Shown here: one piece after another, positions 55,427-64,000 of the stretch
Layout of the letters: each line of letters starts with the position of its first letter
How positions within the stretch are numbered: the stretch's first letter is position 1
NCBI GenBank assembly: GCA_050633305.1
Contig: JBOEGF010000024.1
Span: 1-64,000, forward strand
Length of the DNA: 64,000 bases
Direction: 5' to 3'
From: Nannocystales bacterium
GTDB taxonomy: Bacteria > Myxococcota_A > Polyangia > Nannocystales > Nannocystaceae
Translations under genes and position numbers: made by a program
The notes under the pieces: generated by a model
The model's database searches: none
Seen by the model: only the letters and a program-made list of their open reading frames with translations
Told to the model about the DNA's origin: nothing

Positions 55427-56938
55427 GTGGTCGCACTCGAACCGACCTCTTGGGCGCAGTTGCTGTTCGCCCTGCTCTCGCAGCGGTTCTCAGGTCGGGC
55501 AGAGCTCGATCAAGGCGACGTGCGGCGCCAGATCGTCTTCCACGGTGGCTTCGCGGTGTGGACGGACTACGAGGCTCCAAGAACCGGCGTGTCGGAGATT
55601 TTGCTGTCCGCAGGCATGCTCGCCCCGGCTGAAGCGGAGCAGCTGCGACAGGGCGCGCCTCTGGACAGCCTCGATGCGCGCGCGGCTGCACTGGAGGCAG
55701 GCTTGGTCGACGTGGACACGCTCGGCATGGCGCTGCGTGACCAGTGTGAGCAGCGCTTACTGGCCACCGCAGGTCTCAGCGTGGAGCTCACCTTCCACGA
55801 TGAGCCCGGGCTCGACCCCGATGTGTTGGACGGACTCACGCCCGCCCGCACGCTTCGGGCGATCAACTACGGCGTGCGAGGTCACTGCAGCCCGACCCAG
55901 GCCGAAGATGCGCTGCAGCATCTCGAGGACACCGATCTGCGCATCAGCAGTTCCTACTCGAAGTACAGCGGCCGCTTCGGTTTCGACAGCGGAGAGCAGT
56001 CCACGCTCGAGCTGTTGGGAAGCCGTCGGTCGTTCGTGATCGACGACCTGATGCAGATCTCGGGGCTGGACGCGGTCCGTGGCATTCAGCTTCTGTACAC
56101 GCTGTGGGCGTGCAACATGTTGGTGGAAGCAGGGTCCGAGCCGGACCAGCCTGTGCAGGAGCCGGTGGGGCGAGGCGGTCACAGCGAGCGGTCGCTGGTG
56201 CAGGACCTCGTCGTGGCGAAGATCGCCGCCGGGGCGCCGCCGTTCGACATTCTGGCGCTCCACAAAGACGCGACGTTGCGGGACATCGATCGGGCGCTCG
56301 CCGATCTCCAGAAGAAGGTCGATGGCGAGGATGTCTCTGCGTCTCTGGAAGACGTCCGCGCCGCGGCTCGTGGTGAGCGGCGCCTGACCTCCCGTGCGAT
56401 CGCCCGCAAAGCGGTTGCGGACCGTCGTTGGAAGCGGGCCCTGGAGGCCCTCGAGGACCTTCACGCTCTCGAGCCTGGGGACGTCGGCGTTGAACTCGAC
56501 CTCGCGTGGGCGATCTGGAACAACGGTGATCGAAAGGGCGAGGCTCAGGCTCGGGCCCTCGACGATGCCGTCGCGTTGTGTGGCGAGGAGTCCGAGACCA
56601 TCCGCGCCCGAAGTCAGTTCTACCGTGGTCAGCTCCGCAAGCATCAGGGGCGCAAAAAAGAAGCGCTGAGCGCCTTTGAACGCGCCGCGCAGCTGGATCC
56701 CCGGTTGCTCGATGCGCAACGCGAGTCCCGTGCGCTCTCCGGTGCCGCCGACACCACGACGTCGAGGAAGCAAGTTACGAAGAGTGACCGGGGGAAGCTT
56801 CCGTCCAAGAAGGCAGACAAAGGGCCCCGTTCCAAGTATCTCAGCGGTGCATGGCCCGTGATCTGGGGCATCTCTGGGCTGCTGCTCGTCGCGCTGGCTG
56901 CCGCCCAGATCATGCTGCGGCTCGACGTCGACTACTAG
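55427..56938 (+). CDS. Myxobacterial DUF4388/DnaJ-like/TPR membrane protein
   Basis: FSGRAEL...RRQIVFHGG N-terminal domain, degenerate J-like PFDILAL...A...I (no HPD), TPRs, C-terminal TM. Start uncertain. Confidence 0.7.
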   Translation: MVALEPTSWAQLLFALLSQRFSGRAELDQGDVRRQIVFHGGFAVWTDYEAPRTGVSEILLSAGMLAPAEAEQLRQGAPLDSLDARAAALEAGLVDVDTLGMALRDQCEQRLLATAGLSVELTFHDEPGLDPDVLDGLTPARTLRAINYGVRGHCSPTQAEDALQHLEDTDLRISSSYSKYSGRFGFDSGEQSTLELLGSRRSFVIDDLMQISGLDAVRGIQLLYTLWACNMLVEAGSEPDQPVQEPVGRGGHSERSLVQDLVVAKIAAGAPPFDILALHKDATLRDIDRALADLQKKVDGEDVSASLEDVRAAARGERRLTSRAIARKAVADRRWKRALEALEDLHALEPGDVGVELDLAWAIWNNGDRKGEAQARALDDAVALCGEESETIRARSQFYRGQLRKHQGRKKEALSAFERAAQLDPRLLDAQRESRALSGAADTTTSRKQVTKSDRGKLPSKKADKGPRSKYLSGAWPVIWGISGLLLVALAAAQIMLRLDVDY

Positions 56939-57015
56939 CGAACTCGCGAGACGCGCTTCACCCCGCGGCACCGACAGTTCGGCGCGCACGGGGTGAACAA
57001 CGAACAGCGTTGAGG

Positions 57016-57819
57016 CTAGGCGGCGTTCTTGTCGAGGTGGACGTCCATCTGCGGGAACGGAATGCTGATGCCGGCCTGGTCGAGGGCTTCCTTGACCGCC
57101 TGGGTGCCGCGGTCCCACACGTCCCAGTAGTCCGAGGTCTTGCACCAAATCCGGACCTGGAAGTCGACCGATGACGCGCCCATCGAAGCGAGGAAGATCT
57201 GGTGGCCTTGTTCGATGCGACCCTCGAGCGAGCCGGCAGCCTTGTCGAGGACCTCGCGGACCTGCTTGAGGTCGGCGTCGTAGGCGACACCCACGTTGAT
57301 GTCGACGCGGCGGGCGTCGTGGTGCGTGACGTTGACGATGTTGCCGCTGATGACCGCGGAGTTGGGGAGGATGACGCGCTGGTTGTCGAGGGTGTCGAGT
57401 GCGGTGACGAACAGACCGATCTCCGCGACGACGCCTTCTTGCCCGCCGGACTTGATGTAGTCACCGATGGAAAACGGACGGAAGGTCAGGAGCATCACCC
57501 CAGCCGAGAAGTTGGAGAGCGTGCCTTGGAACGCGAGCCCGATTGCGAGGCCGGCGGCGCCGATGACCGCCGCGAAGCTCGTGGTCTCGACACCGAAGAT
57601 GCCCAACAGAGCGATGACCGAGAGAAGGATCAGACCCCAACGGGACAGCGAGCCGAAGAACAAGGTGAGCGCTTCGTCGAACTTGCGCTTCTTGAGGTTC
57701 TTGACGACCAGTGTCTCGAGCCACGCGGCGACGCGGAAGGCAACCCACAGGCCGATGAGAACGCCGATGATCTTGACGCCGTAGTCGATGAGCGTCGGAA
57801 CCATTTCGTTGAAGTCCAT
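57016..57819 (-). CDS. mscS: Small-conductance mechanosensitive channel
   Basis: GAAGLAIGLAFQGTLSNF, RPFSIGD, IPFPQMDVH. Confidence 0.95.
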   Translation of the reverse strand: MDFNEMVPTLIDYGVKIIGVLIGLWVAFRVAAWLETLVVKNLKKRKFDEALTLFFGSLSRWGLILLSVIALLGIFGVETTSFAAVIGAAGLAIGLAFQGTLSNFSAGVMLLTFRPFSIGDYIKSGGQEGVVAEIGLFVTALDTLDNQRVILPNSAVISGNIVNVTHHDARRVDINVGVAYDADLKQVREVLDKAAGSLEGRIEQGHQIFLASMGASSVDFQVRIWCKTSDYWDVWDRGTQAVKEALDQAGISIPFPQMDVHLDKNAA

Positions 57820-58039
57820 TGTGCTCACGGCCGGTGCGAACCGCATACCAAACGGTCCGCCGAGGCCTGGAGACACGAAACCCGCGCGACTTCCAACGGT
57901 TGGCCGTCCGGCGCTGCGGCAGGGCCCTCCCGTGGGCCGGGGCGTTCTGCCCCGAGCGGCTGCAACTGTGGCCGGGAGACCCGAGCGCCCGCACAGTCGT
58001 CGGTCCGGTGGTGCGCTGGCCCGCGGTACTATCCTATGG

Positions 58040-58762
58040 ATGCGGGTGTTCGCAGCTGCGCTGGTTGGGCTCGGGTTCGCCGGTGGATGTGGTGGCTCAT
58101 CCTCCGAGACCGGGGGTGATGACTCGACTTCGGAGACCCTCGACGTCGCCTTGAGCGCGTCCGCAGGGACGCTGACCGATTCGGGACCCGACGTTGTCCC
58201 ACCGGGGTGCGGAGACAACCTGCTCGTCGACCCTGGCTTCGAAGGCGGGACACCGAGCGTGGAATGGGCGGAGGCATCGGTGTTGTTCGATACCCCGATC
58301 TGCGATGCGAGTTGCACCGACGACGTCGGGGCGAACCCGTTTTCCGGGAGTTGGTGGGTATGGTTTGGGGGCGTCGCCCAAGCCGATGTTGCGAGCGTCC
58401 AGCAGGACGTGGTCATCCCCGAGGGCAACGCCATGCTGCGCTTTGGGTTCTCGGTCAACGCTGGGTCCGGGAGTGGGAACGATGTGTTCTCCGCCGAGTT
58501 GGATGACGAGACGATCTTCTTGGTGACCGACGCTCAGGTCGGGTCCTTTGGGGGGTGGCGCGTCGTGGAGGAGGACGTTTCGAGCTTCGCCGACGGGGAC
58601 GAACACACGTTGTCGTTCAAAGCTTCGATCGCCGGCGTCGGTGTGACGAACTTCTTCGTGGACGACGTCGAGTTGCTGCCATGCGAGCCGGATGCCCCAG
58701 GAAGCTCGAGCTCTTCGTCGACGGGCGACGGCTCCACGAGCACGGCTTCGTCCGGCACCTGA
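58040..58762 (+). CDS. Lipoprotein with carbohydrate-binding-like beta-sandwich
   Basis: AGGC lipobox, NLLVDPGFE, FFVDDVEL. Confidence 0.75.
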   Translation: MRVFAAALVGLGFAGGCGGSSSETGGDDSTSETLDVALSASAGTLTDSGPDVVPPGCGDNLLVDPGFEGGTPSVEWAEASVLFDTPICDASCTDDVGANPFSGSWWVWFGGVAQADVASVQQDVVIPEGNAMLRFGFSVNAGSGSGNDVFSAELDDETIFLVTDAQVGSFGGWRVVEEDVSSFADGDEHTLSFKASIAGVGVTNFFVDDVELLPCEPDAPGSSSSSSTGDGSTSTASSGT

Positions 58763-58798
58763 AAACCGACATCCTGCGCCGCGCGGACGACCGGGCCG

Positions 58799-59077
58799 CT
58801 ACGAGCCCTGGGGCTCGGTCGTCGCTTCGGCGTGTACGAAGGCTCGGCGGGCGCGGGCCTCGAGCCGCGCGAGGTCCAACGACGTGGCATCGGGGAGGTG
58901 CGCCGGGACATCGGCGTTGGCGAGCCAGGCCGGAGGCGCCGAGAACGACGGTGCCGGGCGAGCGCGGGTGGCTTCGGAGGCGAGGCGGCAGAGGTCGATG
59001 ACGCCGGATTCGGCCTCGTACCAGTCGTAGCCATGAACGGCGGCCGGCTGCGATGCCTTCGTCCCGCGGTGTTTCAT
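58799..59077 (-). CDS. Small hypothetical protein
   Basis: ATG 3 nt downstream of the galE stop. No recognisable motif. Confidence 0.4.
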   Translation of the reverse strand: MKHRGTKASQPAAVHGYDWYEAESGVIDLCRLASEATRARPAPSFSAPPAWLANADVPAHLPDATSLDLARLEARARRAFVHAEATTEPQGS

Positions 59078-59080
59078 CGA

Positions 59081-60058
59081 TCAGCTCGTGTAGCCCTGGG
59101 GGTGCTCGCTGTGCCAGGCCCAGGCGGTCTGCACGATCGCCTCGAGCGTTGGGTAGCGCGGGGTCCAGCCAAGCTCCGCCTTGATCTTGGTGGAGTCCGC
59201 GCTCAACGCGGGTGGATCGCCGGGGCGGCGCTCACCCATCACGTGGGGGATCGGATGCCCGGTCACCGTGCGGGCGGCTTCGATGACTTCCATCACCGAG
59301 AATCCGGTGCCGTTGCCCAGGTTGTAGATGCGGCTGCGTTCTTCGAGTGCACCGAGCGCGAGGATGTGGGCCTGCGCAAGGTCGATGACGTGGATGTAGT
59401 CACGGAGGCAGGTGCCGTCCGGCGTGGGGTAGTCGTTCCCGAAGACTGTGATCGAGTCCCGCCGGCCCTGCGCGACCTGGAGAACGAGCGGAATGAGGTG
59501 GGTCTCGGGGTCGTGATGCTCGCCGCGTTGTGGGCTCGCGCCTGCGGCGTTGAAGTAGCGGAGGAACGCGTAGCGCATGCCGTGGACCTCCGCGGCCCAG
59601 TGAAGAATGCGCTCGAGGATGTGCTTCGACTCCCCGTAGGGGCTGCCGGGGACGATGCGCTCGGTCTCGTCGATCGGGACCTTCTTGGGCTCCGCAAACA
59701 GTGCGGCGGTCGAGGAGAGGATGAAGCGTTTCACGTCGTGCTCCACCATGCTCTCGATGAGGTTGAGGCCGTTGCGAACGTTGTCGCCCACGTACAGGAA
59801 CGGCTTGCGCATCGACTCTCCAACCTGAGATCGCGACGCAAAGTGCATCACGGCATCGGGTCGGTGTTCGGCCATCAGGGCATCGACGGCTGCCCGATCG
59901 GCGAGGTCGCCGACGACAAGCGTCGCCTTGGGGTGAACGGACTCGCGGTGTCCCAGTGAGAGGTCATCGAACACCACGACCTCTGCGCCGGTTGCGACCA
60001 GCTGCTCGACGGCAACGCTTCCAATGTAGCCGGCTCCCCCAGTGACGACGACCTTCAT
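59081..60058 (-). CDS. galE: UDP-glucose 4-epimerase
   Basis: [44 protein letters not shown]. Confidence 0.96.
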   Translation of the reverse strand: MKVVVTGGAGYIGSVAVEQLVATGAEVVVFDDLSLGHRESVHPKATLVVGDLADRAAVDALMAEHRPDAVMHFASRSQVGESMRKPFLYVGDNVRNGLNLIESMVEHDVKRFILSSTAALFAEPKKVPIDETERIVPGSPYGESKHILERILHWAAEVHGMRYAFLRYFNAAGASPQRGEHHDPETHLIPLVLQVAQGRRDSITVFGNDYPTPDGTCLRDYIHVIDLAQAHILALGALEERSRIYNLGNGTGFSVMEVIEAARTVTGHPIPHVMGERRPGDPPALSADSTKIKAELGWTPRYPTLEAIVQTAWAWHSEHPQGYTS

Positions 60059-60312
60059 GTGGGGCGCATCGTAACACCGCGACGCCGCCTCAATCCCAGC
60101 GGCCGGTGCGTTGGGGGGGCGGCCTCCCGTGGTCCGCCAACCCCGCTGCCAAAGAGAGGTGGACCACGGCCATGCAACGTGGGTTCACGCAATCTCTGCG
60201 GTCGCGTGATGGGAACACACGGTCGGGTTGGTGACGCCGCGGTGACAAGTCGTGCTCGCCGGCCATCCGGAGCTTGAGCGAGGACCAGCCTCGGGATAGA
60301 TCCCGCGCATAG

Positions 60313-62412
60313 ATGGAACGTCTCCAGCGTATTTCTTGGGCTCTCCTGTTGGTCGCCGCCGGTTGCAGCGACGATGTCTCCAGCGCCTCCGACGGTTCCA
60401 CGGGCGGTGACGAGTCGTCGACGGGCTCGACCGTCGATCCGACGAACGTCACCACCACGATCGACCCGACGGCAAGCACGTCTACGTCGAGCTCGACGGG
60501 CGACCCCGACACCGGTTCGACGACCGACGACACCACGACCGGGCCAACCACCGGCGACACCGACCCCGACACAGACTCGACCACCTCCACGACCGATGCC
60601 GAGACCACCGGAACCACCGGCGACCCGGTGGACTGCGGCAACGACATGCTCGATGGGCGAGAGGCGTGCGACGGCGCCGAACTCGATGGTGCGACCTGCG
60701 AGAGCCTCGGCTTCGCCAGCGGTGACCTCAGCTGTGCCGACGACTGCACCTACGACACCGCGGCATGTGAGAGCTGCGGCAACGACGTGGTCGACAAGGG
60801 CGAGGACTGCGAAGGCGACGATCTCGCGGATGCGACCTGCCAGAGCATCGACATGGGATTCACCGGAGGCGTGCTTGCATGCGACGCAACGTGTGGCTTC
60901 GACACCACCGGCTGCACCAGCGTGGCGTACCCCGCCGCAGGTGAGGTCATCGTCAGCGAGATCATGCCCAACCCCACCGCGGTCGCCGATGCGGACGGCG
61001 AGTGGTTCGAGCTGCACAACCCCAGCGCCACCGACACGTACCAGCTCAACGGCTGCGAGATCTCCGGCCAGGCCGGGGAAGAGGCCATCGTCATTCCCTT
61101 CGACTTCCTCATCGCCCCCGGTGCGTACCTCTCGTTTGCACCCGAGAGCATGGTCGACCCTGGCTTCACGCCTGACTTCGGCTACACGGAGAGCTTCTCG
61201 GTCGCCAACGGGGGAGACATCATCACGCTGAGCTGCGATGGCGTCACCGTCGACACGGTCGACTACGACGCATTCCCTCCCGAGGCGGGAGTGAGCCTCA
61301 ACCTCGACCCTGACTTCTTCGATGCCACCGCCAACGACGCGGCGGAGAACTGGTGTCCCGGCGTGAACATCTACCTCGACCCCGACACCGGAACGCCGGG
61401 CGCGGCGAACGACGAGTGCATCGCACCGGCGGTCTACACGATCGACTTCTGTCGCATGCAGTCCCCGGACACGATCGTCGAGGACTTTGACACCGTCGTC
61501 GATGTGTACGGTCGCGTCTACATTGCTGGCCTCACCGACATCAGCACCAGCAACGACCTCGCGCCGGAGTTGAGCGCTCAGCTTGGGTACGGTCCCGACG
61601 GGACCGACCCCGCCGTGGACGCGGGCTGGACTTGGGTCGACGCGATCCCGAACGCGGGGTACACCGCGGTGGCACCCGAGGAGAACAACGACGAGTACGT
61701 CGTCTCGCTCACCGTGCCCGCGCCCGGCGAGTACGACTACGCCTACCGCTTCTCCGGGGACAGCGAAGGCTCGTACACCTACTGCGACGGCCAGCCCGCA
61801 GGGAACTCGGACGGCTACCAGGTTGAGAACGCCGGTCAGATGACCGCGGGCGGGGAAGTGCTGGTTCCCGACAGCCTGATCATCACCGAGGTCTACTACG
61901 ACAACCCGGGCGCCGACAACGAATTGGAGTGGGTTAAACTCTTCAATGGCACAGGCGCTGACGTCGACCTCTCGGCCTACTCTCTGGGTCACGGCGGCAC
62001 GGACTACACCTTCGGCACCTACCAGCTCGCTGGTACGATCGCGGCTGGTGAGTGTTTCGTGGTTGGCGGCCCGAACGCGAGCGCCGACAACGGCTTCATG
62101 GAACCGCCGGCGTACGACCAGGGGGTTGTCTTCACACCGAACATCCAGAACTCAGGCGGGACGGCAGACGGCGTAGCGCTCTTTGATGTCACCGCTGATT
62201 CTATTGCGCCGGACACCATCCCAATCGACGCCGTAATCTTCGGTGGGAGCAACGACGCAGTTGACGACAACGCGCTGATCGACGAGACGGGGACCGCCCC
62301 GGCACCCGATGTTGGTGACGCCCCCAGCGGTGATTCGATCGCGTTGCTGACCAGCGGAAACTGGGCCATTCGGGCCGATCCGACACCGACCGTCTGCCAG
62401 TTCGCCGAATAG
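60313..62412 (+). CDS. Lipoprotein with Cys-rich repeats and two lamin-tail domains
   Basis: AAGC lipobox, CGN...E.CDG repeats, IVSEIMPNP...GEWFELHN, IITEVYYD...EWVKLFN. Confidence 0.88.
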   Translation: MERLQRISWALLLVAAGCSDDVSSASDGSTGGDESSTGSTVDPTNVTTTIDPTASTSTSSSTGDPDTGSTTDDTTTGPTTGDTDPDTDSTTSTTDAETTGTTGDPVDCGNDMLDGREACDGAELDGATCESLGFASGDLSCADDCTYDTAACESCGNDVVDKGEDCEGDDLADATCQSIDMGFTGGVLACDATCGFDTTGCTSVAYPAAGEVIVSEIMPNPTAVADADGEWFELHNPSATDTYQLNGCEISGQAGEEAIVIPFDFLIAPGAYLSFAPESMVDPGFTPDFGYTESFSVANGGDIITLSCDGVTVDTVDYDAFPPEAGVSLNLDPDFFDATANDAAENWCPGVNIYLDPDTGTPGAANDECIAPAVYTIDFCRMQSPDTIVEDFDTVVDVYGRVYIAGLTDISTSNDLAPELSAQLGYGPDGTDPAVDAGWTWVDAIPNAGYTAVAPEENNDEYVVSLTVPAPGEYDYAYRFSGDSEGSYTYCDGQPAGNSDGYQVENAGQMTAGGEVLVPDSLIITEVYYDNPGADNELEWVKLFNGTGADVDLSAYSLGHGGTDYTFGTYQLAGTIAAGECFVVGGPNASADNGFMEPPAYDQGVVFTPNIQNSGGTADGVALFDVTADSIAPDTIPIDAVIFGGSNDAVDDNALIDETGTAPAPDVGDAPSGDSIALLTSGNWAIRADPTPTVCQFAE

Positions 62413-62428
62413 ACGTTCACTCGTTGAA

Positions 62429-62468
62429 GAAACGAGGCCGCGCTGCAGCCCGCAGTGCGGCTTCGTTT
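62429..62468. terminator. Hairpin between convergent genes
   Basis: AAACGAGGCCGCGCTGC-AGCCC-GCAGTGCGGCTTCGTTT. Confidence 0.65.
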
Positions 62469-62501
62469 GGACGTAAGGGGGGAGGCTGGCCCAGCAGCAA
62501 C

Positions 62502-63860
62502 TCACAGATCGGAGACGACCAAGTAGACGGGGCCGTCAACAGACGCGACGAGGAAATCGTCGACTCCATCGTCGTTCGCATCCGCGCTTTCGACCACCCG
62601 CCCCTCCGACGGCAGGGCTAGATTCTCAACGGACAGACCGCCATCTACGGTGTCTACAATACTGAGTTGCGGAACATCGCTGTAGAGTACGGCGACCTCG
62701 GGAGTGTCTGTACCATCAACCTCCGCACTCACAAGTCTGTGTGGTGTTCCGATGGTGGCGACCTGCTCGACTGCAGCGAACCCGACCAGTCCGTTTCCTG
62801 GGAGAATGGACAGCTCGCTTCCCTGGATGAAAACGATGTCTAGAGCTTCGCTTCCAGATACGTTTGCCAACGCGATGTCCTGGAGCTCGACGCCGTCAGG
62901 AGCTTCGTAGAGCAGGTCTAGGAACACCTGCCTTTTGCCCGACTCGTTGCCGAGGATGGCTTGGATCCTGTCTGGGCCAACCTCCGGGGCGGACAGCCAC
63001 GCGACGTCGTCATAGCTATCGTTGTTCAGGTCGCCGACCGCCAGCGCTATGAGCTCTGTTCCCGCGGGTCTCCAGGTGGAGGCCTCCAATTCGTCAAGGC
63101 CCGGTGCCGAGATCAATGGAACCACGCGGTCCGAGCCTCCGAAAGTCCTGACCCCGGCAATCAAGTCTACAGTGCCGTCGCCGTTCAAATCCGGCGCCGC
63201 GAACAGCTGGGTGGAGGCAGTCCCTTCGAACGTGGGCTCGGCAAGTACGGCACCACCGGTCGCGCTTAGACTCCAGAGACTGACGTTCGAGAAGCGCGCC
63301 CCCAACTCCAAGCCACCGTCAAGGTCGAAGTCTCGGAGGATACAGGTAGAAGGAGCGAGCGCGTCAACGACCAGGTTCGGGCCAAACCCGCCGTCGCCGT
63401 CGCCAAGGGCAATCACCACGGCGGCCTGCTCCTGGGCGAAGACAACGTCCGCATTGCCGTCCGCATTCACATCTCCAGCACCCAGACAGACAATGAACTC
63501 CGTGTTGTCGAACTCCATGGCGTCGCCATAGCAATGGTGTCCAGGTGCCGGGATCCCATCACCACAGGCCTGTGGAACGTTGCCGGTGTCAGTGGTGCCC
63601 CCGGTGCTCGTACCGGTGGATGGTCCGCTTCCGGAGCTGGTCTCATCGCCCGCTCGGGTCGAGGACGAATCATCGGTCGCGCTGGAAGTGGAGGAGGTGG
63701 CGACCGCGGTCGTTCCCGAGGCGCCGGACTCGGACCCCGACATCGCTTCTGGACCTGTTGACGTCGGTGGCGTCTCAGTGCCAGCCTGCTCGCTGACCTG
63801 GTTGGGTGCAAAACAACCGGTAAGGAGGAACAGTGGAAGAGTCGCCATCCTGGTAGACAT
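62502..63860 (-). CDS. FG-GAP/VCBS-repeat lipoprotein
   Basis: LTGC lipobox. GDVNADGNADV, DFDLDG, DLNGDGTVDL, GDLNNDSYDD, DANDDGVDD. Confidence 0.88.
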   Translation of the reverse strand: MSTRMATLPLFLLTGCFAPNQVSEQAGTETPPTSTGPEAMSGSESGASGTTAVATSSTSSATDDSSSTRAGDETSSGSGPSTGTSTGGTTDTGNVPQACGDGIPAPGHHCYGDAMEFDNTEFIVCLGAGDVNADGNADVVFAQEQAAVVIALGDGDGGFGPNLVVDALAPSTCILRDFDLDGGLELGARFSNVSLWSLSATGGAVLAEPTFEGTASTQLFAAPDLNGDGTVDLIAGVRTFGGSDRVVPLISAPGLDELEASTWRPAGTELIALAVGDLNNDSYDDVAWLSAPEVGPDRIQAILGNESGKRQVFLDLLYEAPDGVELQDIALANVSGSEALDIVFIQGSELSILPGNGLVGFAAVEQVATIGTPHRLVSAEVDGTDTPEVAVLYSDVPQLSIVDTVDGGLSVENLALPSEGRVVESADANDDGVDDFLVASVDGPVYLVVSDL

Positions 63861-64000
63861 CCTCGGACTCTAGCGGGCACGCCGCGTGCGTGGCAACCAT
63901 CCCTTGCCTACAGGGCCAGCACCGTTGGAGTCTAGCGACGTGGTGTGGTCGCCTTGTTTGAAAACGGGCACGTCTGAGTCGAGGGCTCCGATGTGTTGTA

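Noticed and set aside
9703..61992. Many long antisense ORFs (e.g. 9703-11670, 12647-14629, 27118-29025, 41344-43344, 47753-49354, 60055-61992)
   Set aside because: These are shadow frames opposite well-supported genes, as expected in high-GC DNA, and have no motifs.
63871..63910. Sigma-54-like TGGCA...TTGC near the window end
   Set aside because: The spacing between GG and GC is wrong on both strands.

Overview
GC-rich bacterial chromosomal window, most consistent with a myxobacterium of the Nannocystaceae/Plesiocystis type. This assignment is inferred from the many Ser/Thr-linker lipoproteins, ECF sigma/anti-sigma modules, ferritin-like and AgmX-like lipoproteins, and a type IV pilin with a sigma-54-like promoter. 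Bases 1-~3300 look like the end of a prophage or island sitting at the 3' end of a tRNA-Arg(CCG) gene. That segment carries a primase-C-terminal-like fragment, a phage-type sigma factor, HigBA with an operator palindrome, and a Schlafen/AlbA_2 protein. The rest is mostly core and envelope genes: GH1, an ILVBL-like TPP enzyme, a DAACS symporter, an ABC exporter, dimeric GlyRS, yggX, two rhomboids, an M23 peptidase, ugd, an NTP transferase, mscS and galE, plus many uncharacterised lipoproteins. Features the ORF track misses or hides include a selenocysteine (in-frame TGA) glutathione peroxidase with an fdhF-like SECIS and a CTAG-flanked MITE with a solo end 13 kb away. There is also a REP-like doublet, a decayed IS3/NB-ARC patch, and an A10 slippery tract that could fuse an anti-sigma factor to a lipoprotein. 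The best candidate for an undescribed system is a small HNH nuclease with an Arg-rich N-terminus, preceded by a ~380-nt noncoding region whose ends can pair and which contains several internal helices. All family assignments come from motif recognition by eye; no searches were run, and many start codons are my best choices.
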